From: Vitrella brassicaformis CCMP3155
Lineage: Eukaryota > Protista > Chromerida
NCBI GenBank assembly: GCA_001179505.1
Contig: CDMY01000831.1
Coordinates: 1 to 64,000 of the forward strand
Length of the DNA: 64,000 bases
Direction: 5' to 3'
A program made the position numbers and the translations under genes. Of the stretch, positions 10,584-23,793 are shown piece by piece; the stretch's first letter is position 1, and every line of letters begins with the position of its first letter. The notes beneath the pieces are model-generated. The model worked only from the letters and a program-made list of their open reading frames with translations. It was not told the DNA's origin and made no database searches.

Positions 10584-12912
10584 TCAGTCGTCACCGACGG
10601 TCTGCCACTCCCACAGGTAGTCGTACGGCCGTGCGGTGCTGACGGTCTCGCCGAAGAAGTGCAGCTGGTCCCGCGTGTCGAGCACCACGCTGTGCCGCAC
10701 ACCGGCCGACACATCCTCTACCACGATGCCCTCCTCTCCGAAGTCATTCAACCTGCAGACCACACGACTCACACGTGTGTGTGTGTCGGTGTGTGTCTAT
10801 TCCCTCTGGTCGCCTCGCCTACTCGGTGAATTCTCTGATGATTTTGGTCTTGTCGAATCTGAGCCCCAACTGTCGGTCCGAGTTGCTCCCCGCCACCAGC
10901 ACCCGCCGGTCCTTGAGCAGCAGGATCGTGTGGGACGAACCACACCGCACCTTGCACACACAGAAGACGCCCTCCAGACGGCCACGGTCGCTCTGACTCG
11001 ACAGCAGCCGCTCCCTGCCAGTGCCCTCAGACTGGGCCTGGGCCTGCTGCTCATCGGGCGGGGCAGATGATGCTGCTGCAGCTGGCGATGCCGGCAGGGG
11101 GTTTGGTGGTGGTGCTGCTGCAGGGGTGTCTGGTTGTGTGTCCATCTCTGGGTGTGGGGAGGTGGTGGGTGAGAGGGGTGCGAGTCGTGTGGGGGCGGGG
11201 GTGGAAGGCTCCATGGCGGAGGGAGGGGGGACCTGACGGGGCGTCAGGCAGTCGGCAGGGCTGGGGTCGCCTGATGTAGACAGACAGATGGACAGACAGA
11301 CAGACAGACAGACAGATGGGAAGAATGTGCGTGTATCTGCCTGTCGGTGTGAGTGTCTCTTCCTTTACTTACCCAGCTGTCCCTCCCTGGATTTGCCCCA
11401 CATGAAGAGGCGGCCGTCGACCGTTATGGCGGCAGCGTGCTCCTCACCTGTGCATACAACAACAACACACATGCAACGCATCGCATCGCATCGCCGTCGC
11501 CTCAGTCAGTGTATCCCTCCCTTCCCATGTCTGTTCATCCCTCACCTGCAGCCACTTGCACGACGGTCTCTCTCTGCAGAGCGGCGATGGGCTTGGGGGT
11601 CTCCTCAAAGTCCTTGCTCCCGTGGCCCGTCTTGCCGTGAGACCCGCGACCCCACGAATACACCTGATTGACAGGCATCACACCACACCAGGTACACAGC
11701 GCCCAATGCACATGCAGGCGGCATTCATTGTTGCGTACCTACCTTGCCGTTGGTGGTGACCATGAGGTTGAATCCTCCGCCCGCGTCGATCTGTGCGGCG
11801 GGCGGCGATGGGATGCGGACGGGGTGGGCGACGGCCTTGCGGAGCCAGAGACCGAAACCCCACAGGTCGCCGTGCTCGCCCATGACCAACGTGTGGTGGG
11901 TGCCGCATGCCACAGCACGCACCTGAAGTTAACCGCACAAAGAGGCACATACAATGCAATTGTCTCTCCGTTTCCATTCCCCTGCCTGGCCTCACTGACC
12001 TTGACGTTGAGTGGGAAGTCCACTCGACACGGGGTGAGCCGCATGGTCCGATCGTCAGTGCCCCTCCTCACCTCACCCCGCTGCTCACCCACCCTTGCAC
12101 TGCTGCCCATGTCACCAGCTGCAGAGTACCCAAACAGGTTGGGGATGCCGCCACTGTTCAGGTCCTCCCGGCTGCTGCCCATGGACACGGTCCGTCGTGC
12201 GATGGCCATGCCCAGCTGTCCCTGCCGGTTGAGGCCGAAGGTGTAGAGCTGCCCGTCGCGGGTGGCGACGGCGCTGTGGGAGGAGCCGCACCCGATGGAC
12301 GCCACAGGGAGGGAGTGGAAGTACGTCACCTCCTTGCACTCGGCACGGGGCTGCGTATCCCCTGCAGACCAACCGAGACAGGCAAACAAACAACAACAGG
12401 GGACAGGAGAAGATGATGGGACGGGGGCGTGCTCACGCTCTTTTCTCCCTGTATGTATGTATGTTTATGTGCGTACCGAGTCCCAGCTGTCCGGATGGCT
12501 GCAGCCCGACGCCCAACACCTGCCGGCTCTTGTCGCGCAGGTGCAGGGTGTGCGCCTCACCAGTCTCCACCCTGTGCGGCTCCCGTAGCCTCTCCATCAC
12601 CAGCAGCGCCCTCACATAGCCCTCACTTCGCACCAGGGCGTCCAGCCGCTGCTCATCCACACCCCAGCCGAGCAGGATCTGTGTCACAGCCAAGGGGACT
12701 ATCGAGCGGCACCACTCGCGGCCGCAGGTGGCGATGGCGGCCACCCATGAGGCCGGCAGGTGGCTGCAGAGAAGCAGCAGCACCGGCTGGGGGATCTCGT
12801 GCAGCGAGTGGGCGACGGTTGGCGAGGGAAGGTTGCTGGAGGTTCTGAGTCTCTGAAGGGCTCGCGACGGAGCAGGGCTGCGCCTGTAGGTCCCGTCAGA
12901 CACCAGAACCAT
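10584..12912 (-). CDS. RCC1-repeat protein with an N-terminal F-box-like motif
   Basis: RCC1 blades VASIGCGSSHSAVATRDGQLYTFGLNRQGQLG, VACGTHHTLVMGEHGDLWGFG, VRCGSSHTILLLKDRRVLVAGSNSDRQLG and VSAGVRHSVVL. N-terminal LHEIPQPVLLLLCSHLPASWVAAIATCGREW resembles an F-box. Confidence 0.8.
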
Positions 12913-13049
12913 CCTCTTTTCACCCCACAGGCTAAGCTCGCTGACGGTGTGCGAGCTGAGGTCCGAGTCTCTGCAGAGTAGCACACGTCAGCGAGCGTAG
13001 AAGGCGTAGCGTCATCAGATCTGTGTGTTGCTATGAATCAACCGCTTTG

Positions 13050-16000
13050 ATGAGTTTCCGCCGCCCTGCTGTCTTCGCCTTTCCCAGGCGCCGATTCATC
13101 TCAGGCCGCACTGGCGTGGCACTGCTGTCAACAGCCGCAGCCACAGGCCTACTCATACCAGAGGAAACATGGAACAAACGACTGGTGATGTGACTTCGCA
13201 CTGCTGTATTCCACGAAGGCACCACCCAGGCAGGCAGATCTTGCATGATTTCGGTGTGTTTGTGAGTGCAGGATGATCTCATTCGCTGGCGCACCATCGT
13301 CGAGGACCGCCTGGGCGATCTGAGGAGTGCGCAGGGCTTCTCGCGCTTTATTCGGTCGAGCTACAATGCGGCCATCGTAGCGTGGGACTACAAATCATCG
13401 CTGCGGGGGCTGGACGAGCACAGCGATGAGTACAAGCGGATACAGAAGGACTGCCACCTGAGGGCCGCCAAAAGGTGGCCAAATGCATGAGCAGTTGCCA
13501 GTAGAAAGAGAGTCTGCTCTTCTTCCTGATGAGATGAGTGTGCGTGTTCGGTTGTTCATTGGGTGAGTGCAGGCTTCTGTCTGTTTGTCGTGCGCATGGC
13601 GGCTTGTACAACAAATTCGGTATGCCGGACTAACTGACTGATGAAACGACTCTTCGCTCCTGTTTATGTGACATTGGCTTATGTGATCCCATGCAGGCCA
13701 ATACATCGCCACACTCAACCACAGTAAGCAGCCAGCCAGCCAGGCAGGCAGCAACAGTGAACCAGAAGCACCTTGTGTCGTTCCTTCCGTGCAGTATTGC
13801 CCGACGAGTACGTGACGACCCTGTCAGTTCTGCACGACAAGGCACAGCATCTGCCCTGGAATGATATTGAAAAAGTCATTCGACAAGACTTGGGTGAGAC
13901 GAGACGGGGGGGAAGAAGAGCTCACGCGCACAGATACGGATCATGCTCTCCTTGGTCAATCCATTTCATGCAGGTGGTTCGTTCGAGGAGCACTTCGCCG
14001 CTTTTGAGGAGGAGCCCATCGCTGCGGCGTCGCTGGCGCAGGTGCACAGGGCGGTGCGGCGGAGCGACCTACAGGAGGTGGCAGTGAAGCTGCAGTACCC
14101 CGGGTTGCGGGCTCAGGTCAAGGGCGATACGCTGACCATGAAGGTAGGTGGGGTGAGGTGAGGGAGGAAAGATGAGCTGTCATGCTGTCAGCCAGGCACT
14201 TGTGTATATATATATATGATGGGATGGGTGTGGTGGTATGGACATGTGATGTTGGTTGTCATGTCAGGTGCTGCTGTGGTGTCTGGGTAAGGCCTTCCCG
14301 GCGTACGAGTACACCTGGCTGTTCCCCGAGTTCGAGCACAACATGCGGATGGAGCTGGACTTCGCGCAAGAGGGCTACAATGCCGACCGCCTCGCCAAGA
14401 TGTTCGCACACAGGGAGGATGTGCACGTGCCAAAGGTGAGCGGGTGAGGTGAGCAAGAGGACCTCTCCGTGATGGCTCTCTGACGGTCGGTGCATACATA
14501 CAGGTGGATTGGACTCTCACCACGCCTCGTGTGCTGACGATGGAGTTCATCAAGTGGGTGGACAATTCGTGAAATGAACGCACCGACCGAGCACGAATGC
14601 ACCTGGCTGTCTTGCCTTCCTCCAGAGGTCTCAAAGTGACCGACAAGGATGCCCTTGAGAAGGCGGGCATTCACCCCAAGGACGTGGCTCACCTCGTCTG
14701 TGAAGTGTTCGGGCAAATGATGCACATACATGGATTCGTCCACTGCGATCCCCATCCAGGTCCGACCATAGAATACACACACAGACAGACAGACAGACAG
14801 ACATGGACTAGTGTGTGTCCATCACTCGTTAATGTGTGTGCAGGCAACCTGATGGTGAGGCCGATGGGTGCCGACAGCTCAGGGGCTGCGGAAGGCTCCC
14901 CGCCGAAGGGCGTGCGGCCGCAACTTGTGGTCCTGGACCACGGCATGTACAGGTGAGCAGCATCGCCACACACACATATGGGAGGCGACGTGGGAGTCGC
15001 ATTTTGTGTGTCGGTGTGTGTGAATCTGCAGGCGGCTTGAGCCCTCGTTTCGGCACGCCTACAGCCGTCTGTGGAAGGCCCTCGTGATGCAGGACGAGCA
15101 TGTGGGCCGACAGGCATGTGTCGACCTCAACCTTGACGAGGTACGTCGGGCACACGAAGACTGCACGTTGTCTGCAGACATGGATGAGCAATGGTGTGCG
15201 CCTCTTGCTGCTCTGCCGTGTGACTCACTCAGGATGCCTTCGACATGCTGTCGCTCATCCTCACCTTCAGGCCGACGAAATCAAAGTGAGCCGACGAAGA
15301 CACGGGACGCGACACACAGTGGCTGATGTGTCACATACACACACATGCATACACATGGCTGCAGGTTCACAAAGCTGGGCCAGCGTATGCATGAGGAGGA
15401 CAGGAAAGTGGTCAAGGAAAAGTTCAAGAAGACCACGGCCGAGGCCATCAACGACTTCCTCAAATCACTCCCACGGGATATACTGTACATCTTCAGGGTG
15501 AGTGCTGCGGCAAGGCTCATGCACCAAGCCACATGCCCTGTTCCTGGATGGATGGATGGATGGAATGCAGACGACCAATATAGTCCGGTCCCTCAATCTC
15601 GAGCTTGGCGGCACCTCACGAGATCGATTCCGCGTCATGGGGCAAAGCGCCATACAGGGCGAGCACACGGGCACACACCGAATACACACATCGACACTGA
15701 AAGACAGACGTCTCATGTGCTNNNNNNNNNNNNNNNNNNNNNNNNNNNNNNNNNNNNNNNNNNNNNNNNNNNNNNNNNNNNNNNNNNNNNNNNNNNNNNN
15801 NNNNNNNNNNNNNNNNNNNNNNNNNNNNNNNNNNNNNNNNNNNNNNNNNNNNNNNNNNNNNNNNNNNNNNNNNNNNNNNNNNNNNNNNNNNNNNNNNNNN
15901 NNNNNNNNNNNNNNNNNNNNNNNNNNNNNNNNNNNNNNNNNNNNNNNNNNNNNNNNNNNNNNNNNNNNNNNNNNNNNNNNNNNNNNNNNNNNNNNNNNNN

Positions 16001-16776
16001 NNNNNNNNNNNNNNNNNNNNNCCCCCCCTCTCTCTCTCTCTCATCTCAGGTCTTTTTCTCGACAACGGCGGTGTGCTTCCCGTCATCGATAAGTACCAGG
16101 CCTACTATGCAGAGCAAAAGAGGGCCCAACCGCAGTCCGCCAAGCGCCTCATCAAGTGGGGGGACGTTCTCGGCGATTTCTTCAAGTTCTTCGACGACTT
16201 CCCCGACTCCAGCAGCAGCGGAGAGATCGTCCACTCGACTTGCGGGCGACAGCCGCTGGGCAGACAGCCGAGGTGGTACGAGCTGCCTGGAGCCGCCACC
16301 ATGAACTTCCCTGTAAGCAAGCAGCAAGGTTGACAGCAAAGCCATGATGTGCTGGTCTCCCTCTTGTGTGCCCTCAGGTGGCTTCGGAGTTCCCATCCGC
16401 TGTTTCTCGTACCGCCACCAATGGCACAGAGACTGAGGCGCCCCCGCCCTTTGCCGTGCCAGCTGCCTTGTCGATGGGTCGCGAAGCGACCGATGATCAT
16501 AGCGATTACAGGCCTCGTCATGAGAAGGAGATAACACGAGTAGGGATCGGCCCTTTGTGGCGGTGGGTGTGCCTGCAGTGGGAGACGGTCCACCTGTATG
16601 TGCGGCTGTTTGTGCTGGACCTGTTGATGAGCACGCTAGCGTGGCAGTATGAGCGGCAGATGCAGAAGATAGAGAGCATGATTGCTGAGGCGGAGGGGGG
16701 CGTGGCGGGGGAGACGGTTGAGAAGAGAGCGGCGAATGAGGGGCGGTCCATACACAAACCGGGGGAGGTGGGGTAG
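13050..16776 (+). CDS. ABC1/ADCK (UbiB family) atypical kinase, ADCK1/5-like, probably mitochondrial
   Basis: GGLYNKFGQ, PIAAASLAQVHRA, VAVKLQYPGL, ELDFAQEGYNA, VLTMEFI, GFVHCDPHPGNLMVR and VVLDHGMY. Arg/Ser-rich N-terminal presequence. Spans the assembly gap. Confidence 0.88.
15722..16021. other. Assembly gap (300 N), apparently inside an ADCK intron
   Basis: Run of N. The flanking exons join in phase 1 (AIQG|LFLD). Confidence 0.95.
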
Positions 16777-17125
16777 ATAGACTGACTGATGCACACACAC
16801 ATTTGTACGTGGATGGGCATGGCCGTACGTGTGGTGTTGTGTTTGCACGTGGCCCGGCCCATTCGTTCCCCCGTTGTACATAGCGATGTGATGTGGGCCT
16901 CTCGCTGCGTGGACGGACATACTGATAAATGAGGTCTCGCCAAGTGTTGACTGAGAGAGTGTTTCTGTCACGCCATTCGGTCAGGTGCGTGTCAACCAGC
17001 CGTTTGAAACGAAGACAACCACCGACAGACAGACCGATGCACACACAAAATAAATAGGGCCCACTTTCTTCCTCGCCTTATGCAGAGATATACACAACCA
17101 AACCAGCTAGAGAGACACATCCGTC

Positions 17126-20100
17126 CTAGCTAAGGAAGAGGCCAAGGGCCAGCAGAAGTGGCACAACGGCGTCCACGACCCTTCGCCTCGCCGCTGAGTC
17201 GAGTTGGTCCACAGTATCATCACCATCGCCATTAGTCGGATCACCATCGTAGGGGCCAACGGGCGGCGTATCTCCGCCGCCGGCTGCTGGAAGAGACGTC
17301 GGCACTGACAGCCCACCGTCAAGCGAGCCGATCCCCTGGGACACGCACCGAGCCAATACGAGAGAGGCACAAACATCTACAGAGTGATGGAGGGTACCTT
17401 GAAGCACTTGGCTCCGTCTGGGTGAGGGCCGATCGGAAGGTTCTGCACACGTAGAATGAATCAGTGGGTGCAGGTGTGAGACAGGGAGACATGGCTGGGT
17501 AGGTGGCGTGTGTCGCTGTCTTACCGAGTGCTCCTGTGCTATCGGTATGCAGATGTCAAAGTGTCTCAGGAGGCGCTCCACCTCGTCAGGGAAGGATGGA
17601 TTCGATGCATCCAGCTGAGCTGACGTCGGCGCAAACCAAGCTGACCGCACAGATGGCTGCGACATCAACATGGCGCAGCACACGCGGCAACACACTTACC
17701 TGGGTCGTATGTACGAATTCTGTGATCATTGATACTGCTCGTGCGTGGGGGCAGCTTCGCCGCCTTGTAGCCCGCCCCCACCTCCACCGTGTCGCTTCCG
17801 TGTGTCTCCCATCCCTCAATCCATCGGCCGCTCTCCGCCTCCCCGAGCGCAGCCAGGCTCTTGAAGGTCTCGGTCCCCGGTTTATGACCCACTCTCACGA
17901 TCTGCGCGTCGGGGTCCATGAGCATGTAGAGATTGTAGTCAACGTCATAATATTCCCGGGGGAATGTCCCGCCGGATGGCGCGGCGAGGTTGATGCCGAT
18001 GTCGCAGTCGACGAATATGTTATTCTGAATGGTGATGGAGAGCGGCTGCTTGAGGTGGCGCTCCCGCGATCGGACACATTTGGCGACGCGGGCAATCAGG
18101 TTGTTGAGAAACCAAAGCTCGGACTTCTGCGGTGCAGGTAGGCAGGCAGGCAGGCAAGGAGACAGTCAGCCAGAGTTGAGCCTTTATCCACGTGTTTCTG
18201 CCTATCGGTGCCGTTGCATGTCAGACCGTGTCTTCGTTGCAATACCAGTTGAAGCCCTTCGCTGAATGCGGACAACAAACAGGTGAAGTTAAGGCAGACG
18301 CATGCATGTGTATTTAATGGCTTCTGTGCATGTGTGGTACAATCTATGTTGAAGATGACATTCCGCAAGAACACTCCCTGTCCAGACAGACAGACAGACA
18401 GACAGACAGAGATGGCACTTGTTGGAGAGACGTGTCTGCGTGCCTATCTGCTCTATCTGCCGTGAGAGGCAGGCACACTTACCCCAGGAAACGATTGCTG
18501 TGTCATCCCTGACCCCGCCCCCGCTCCATTCGTGCCGCGATCGCCTGCGCCGGTGTATCCGAACGAGTTGCTGACCACCTACACAGCACGCACCGCCAGC
18601 CGTGTTTGGAATGTCTGCATGTTACAAGGACTCGCCTGCCTACGTTCTCCTGAAGGGCACAAAACAGAAAACGAGAAAGAAGAGGGAAAACATGATGGAG
18701 GCGGGCTCTCGTGTGAATAATGGCTTGTCCCTTGGCCCACATACAAAAAAGAGGGTATTGAAGGGCGCTTTGCCCCACATATCAACGGCAGCGCAGTCGG
18801 CCTTCATCTCGCATGCTCGAGAAAAATTGTTGCGCGCCACCAGGTTGTCGCCTTTCGCAGATGGCTGAAAGATCATAACATGGATCTCAATGCATATACA
18901 TGAACCTGGGCGAGACATGACTTGTCGGTCAAACCAGGATGTTCGGATACTCGACCGCATCAGATTTCAATTTGAGGGCATACGCGGTGACTATCTGATA
19001 CGGCGGAGACAAGCAGGATACAGCAGCAGGTCTTGATGGATGGTGCTTTGTCTGTTCGCTTGCTCGAGTCGCATTGCCCCCTTCGATGGTGTTGTAAATG
19101 AATGTGATGTTGGTCGCTGATGAGAAGGACACCGCATTCGGAGCAGACTTCCCTTTAGAATACGGATTCTGCATAGATGGGGAAGATGTGTGGTCACGTG
19201 TCGACGAATCGGCGGTGATTTGGATGTCCTCACTCACCTCGTAGCAAACCCGATGTGGTGGAAGTGATTGTTTGCAAAGTAGAGATCTCTGATGACACAA
19301 ACGCCGACCGGCCCACACACAGATACATATCGCCGTTTACGTTGTCTCTCTATCTTTCGAGCAGCCCTCACCGGTTTTGGGGTCTCTTCCTGTGCCCCCC
19401 ATTTCTGCTTGAGGCTTTGAAAAAACAGCGACCTCGTCAATGTGCGACCATTCTGCACAAACGAGGAAGAGTCAATCACACAGACGAGGTCTCTATTCGT
19501 CTTTCATCTGCCTCGCTCACCATTGTTGGTCACAGTCCAGAATCTTGTCTGCTTCAAAGGCTTCGTCAGATCGCCCGCGCGGAGGAGCCGCAGGCCGTAC
19601 GCCGCTGTGTGGAAGTGACAGTTGTTGATCTTGACGAACTCCGATGGCGTATCAGGGCGATAGCTCTCTTGCAGGATGGTGTGGAAGAAAGAAAATGTGA
19701 TGCCGCTGAGCTCCCAGTGCGACTTGCCGGTGATGGCGAGGGCCACCTCTTGGTCCTCTGCGTCTGTCGAGATCTCAATGTCGCTCCATTGTGCGTCGTC
19801 ATTTTTCCACACGTAGAGGGTGCTCGTTGCCTCATCAAACCAGTACTGAAGAGGGCGAGACATGGATGGGCAGACAGTGTACATCTCTTCGTGTGTCTCT
19901 GTTGACCTCTCCTGGGCTGTCAAGCAGCGACAGTTTGTTCTGTACGAAATAGTGGGAGTAGGCCCTTATTCCTTTGTGATCACGGCTTAAGGCGTAGAAC
20001 TCGCCGTCTAAAGGGAAAGGACCAAGACACGGAAAGAGGCAGGTGATACAAGAAGGGAGTGCGAGAACACGTGTGTCTCTCCCTCGCTGCGGCTATGTAT

Positions 20101-22018
20101 GCACGCATACCGATCGTTATCTTTCCTGCGGCCTTGTTGTGCGTTTTCACGGGGAAGTTTGCCGTCCAGAAGCCACTTTCACCTGTGTAGTACACAAAGG
20201 AAAGGAGCGATGTCAGGACGGAGGGATGTGTGTGTGTGTGTGTGTGTTTGTGTCGAACCGTCATTGATGGTGACGGTTGCCCCGACGAGGTCCGGCAGTG
20301 TCTTTAGTGTGAGGTCTGGTTGAGGCTTTCCCGTTTCAGGAAAATGGCCCACATCGGTGAGAGTGTTCAGCGACCAGGTTTTCTTGTCGCATTCTTTGGT
20401 TTCAGCGGAAGGCGTGCAGTCGGGGACGCCACTCCCTCCGTCTGGTCAACAGCAAAGAAGGAGCGTGAGGTCTGGTTGGGGCTTCCCCGTAGCCATGGAC
20501 TTTTCTGTGCTGACTTACCGGCCATGTACCAATGCTGAGAGACAAACAAGATAATGCAACGTGTGGAAAGCCGGAGAAAATGCATGCTATTACCTTCATA
20601 TATTTGTACTCCTCAGGCTCGTCAGGAGGTTTGTAGTTAGGGCTACGTGCGAGGTGGTATTTCTTAGTACAGTCGCCCGGCGCTTTGGACTTGCACACGT
20701 AGCGGGGGGCCTTCGCGAGGCTCCAAGTGCCCACATAACCCGACCCGTCTTTCAGCTTCGTCACGATCAGCCTTGTAGATCTTGTCCTTATGCTGAGTCC
20801 AGGTCAGTGAGTCGGCGCGGATCGAGCCGACGATGGCTGTCTTGTCGCTGCATTTGCCGACGAATTTGATCGGCTGGCCCGCCCTGCCGTCGCTTCTCAG
20901 CTCCAGTGCCCCTCGGTAGATGCCCTCTGCAATGTGCACTGTTGTCCCCGGCCGCGCCACCTCAGCTGCACGGACGACCGAGGCAAGGGCCGTGTCAGGA
21001 GTGGCCCCGTCATTGGTGTCGGCTCCTGTCTTCTCGTCCACGTAGACGTCAGGCAGGGGGGGGACGTACATGAGCACCTTGTCGATGAGGAGAGAGCCGC
21101 CCACATTATCACCCCACGCCACGAAGCTGCAGAGAGACACATGAATCACACAGGTGTGTATCCATCAACGTCTGATCGATACAACGACATGCTTACCCCA
21201 AGCGGACTACGGTGACATCGGTTGTGGTGAGCTTCAGGTCTGCAAGGGCTGCCTGAAACTTCAATTCTCCGTCGACGCACACGAAGACATCCCCATCGCC
21301 GTCTTTGCCCTTCATTGGAAACCCAATGACGTATTCGTGTGGCTGTCCGTCGTTGGGCACCGCGAAGGGCTTGTCTTCCGCCTTGATGTGGCCCTCCTCA
21401 CTGTTATGTGTGAACATCATTGCAAGCCCGTCTGCTTTGCGATAGGGGACGAGGCTCACTACACGACCGTTATCGGGCAGGCCATGCATCTTTAGCAGCT
21501 CGAAGCCATTGTCCCTGGAAGTAAATGACAGAAGCAGACCGGCAGAAAGAGATGAACGATGTGTGCCCCCATTCGGGCTTGCTTGCCTGACATCCGGGTT
21601 CCATTTGGGACTGGCAGGCACTTGAGGCAGCTGAAGCTGGGAGAGATCGATGGTTGCGGCGAGCGCTGCTCGTCTGGCGTCGGGCATCCCAGCAGCGCCA
21701 AAATTGAGGTCCATGTAAGCATGCTTCTTGGACGTCGATATCACAGCCTTGCCATTTTCCAGCTTGATGCCGCTCACTTCTCCCTTCCTGCTCCACAAAC
21801 ACCACCCATGGCGTAGATGAGAGTGTGCATTGATGCATTCGCCGCAGGATAGTGGCTTACAGATTCCATGCGAGGCCCTCCTCGCTTTCTTCGAATGAGT
21901 ACTCTCCGAGTGGCAGCTTCTCCTGCGGCCATTGGTCAATGGGACACGCACACCAATGAGGGGGGAGGCAGATGACCAAATAAACGACGACCAGAGATAG
22001 ACGAATGAACGAATCCAT
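17126..22018 (-). pseudogene. Inverted paralog (copy B) of the beta-helix surface-protein gene, with several disabling lesions
   Basis: Collinear with 618-5393. Lesions: +1 insertion at ~20766 (GCTGATCGTG vs GCTGACGTG), acceptor AG->CG at 19305-19306, -1 deletion at ~19242 (GCTACGAG), and donor GT->GG at ~19080. Confidence 0.8.
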
Positions 22019-22280
22019 CGTGGATTCGTGCCGATGGACGAGCAACGGGCGGTGGCCCCGTGCTGGTTGGGGGCCTGAAGATTGACTCACGTAGTACACG
22101 ATTGTTTCCATTATTCGTTTGTGCATCAGCGCGGCCTCTGGTGTAGTGGCAACAGCATGCAAGGCACATCGTGCGCCAAAGAGTCTGACGCAGTCAGTGT
22201 TGACACACGATGAGGCGTGTCTCTCCACTCACGCACACACACACGCACACACACACACACATGCAGTCAATTACTCTCAC

Positions 22281-23536
22281 TCACGGCACCACCACCCACC
22301 AGGACGGATTCGACCGTGGCGGGGGCGTCTCGAGCCGCTCATTGTACATGTCGCTCTCAATCCTATCCTCCCGTGTGTGGAATACTCTAATGGCCTTTGC
22401 CGCAAAGAACTCGAGGACTGCTCGGGCTGACCCCTGCTGCCCCTGCTTCTCGCCCCCTCTGCGGGCCGTCTTGCGGGTCTGATCACGGCCGTCATACACA
22501 CCGCACCACGGGATCTAAGACAAATGCACACACGCGAGAGATGCACTGACAGGGAGAGGACAGGATTCTTCCCTACCGTGGCGTTGACGCCGGGCTGTAC
22601 TTGGATGGTCTGGTGCATGCGGTCGCCGCAGAAGTCATGGCCTGCGAGGATGGCCCCGCTCCTCATCTTGGGCCAGAAGTCGTGTAGGTCCTTGAGCACC
22701 GAGTCGTAGTGGTGCGACCCGTCGATATACAGAAAGTCAAAATACGAGTCGGAAAAGTTGCCGGCAATGTCCCAACTGAAGCCCTGATGGACAGACACAA
22801 ACATAGAGACCGGTGCGTGACCAGCCATGATTTTCTTTCTTACCTGGTGCCAGGTAACATTGACCTTTGCAGCCCTGCCCTCATAATGCAGCAAGTCCCG
22901 CCTCGTCTTGAACTCATGCCGATCCCGCAACTCCATCAGCTCAAACCTCTCCGGCCGCCATATGCGGATGAGCCGGTCGCTGAACTCCATCCCATACACG
23001 CCTATCTCACCTCCCACGCCGCGCCCCTGCCAGCCGAAGTAATTCAGCAAGAAGGGGAAGGCGTCACGAGTAGAGATCAACCGCATGTACTCAGCCGATG
23101 TGAGCTCCTTCTCCTCTCTGGTAAGATTTCCTGGCGCGTGGCTGGCCAATCTGATGCCGCGCTTGTCTGTGGCCGCAGCAATTCGCTGGATTTCGTGTTG
23201 TTGCACTGGAGAGCTCGTGGCCGACACAAGTCTGATGCGGCTCTCCTGCTCTTTGACCCTCTTCTGCAGCCCCTGCACGATCGTCCTGAGGTCAGCGATG
23301 AGTTGCTTCTTCTGCTCCAGCTGCCGCTGCAGAGAAAGGTCCTCTTTGCGGGGCCTTTGCTGGCGCTGCTGCCGCTCATTTGTTGCAGGCCTTCTCAGCA
23401 ATGTGCGGTCATCGACAAGGTCGGATGGGAAGCCGCAGTGTCGCTGCATGAGCCACACGAGGGTGATGGAAGTCGCCATGAGCACGATAGAGGCGCACAG
23501 GATGGCGCGGACGAACAGATCTGCGCGGCCCTTCAT
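22281..23536 (-). CDS. Type II membrane class I SAM methyltransferase (Methyltransf_24 family)
   Basis: N-terminal TM helix, coiled-coil stem, GVGGEIGV motif, FDFLYIDGSHHYDSVLKDLHDFWPKMRSGAILAGHDF. Confidence 0.8.
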
Positions 23537-23793
23537 CGCTGGCCAAAGCGGCTTGGATCCACGAATGCCAGGATCGAGTGCAGGAACGAACTCAAGCCTT
23601 CACGCCGCCCTCATCACTCCTCGTCAACATCTCCGCTTCTTCGTTTCAATCCCACCTGCGAGCTTATCCAGCAGGAGGTGAGGATGCGCTCGAGATCCCA
23701 ATAGCGAGATCCATCGTTTCCCACTCATCCGTGCGTGTTTTTTTCGTCAGGGGTGTGTCGATTGTCGAAGATCCGAATGAATGGCGGGTGTTG

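Noticed and set aside
16140-16200. WGDVLGDFFKFF as a PAP-associated (Cid1) domain of a separate nucleotidyltransferase
   Set aside because: No catalytic motifs nearby, and the splice phase links the exon to the upstream ADCK exon.
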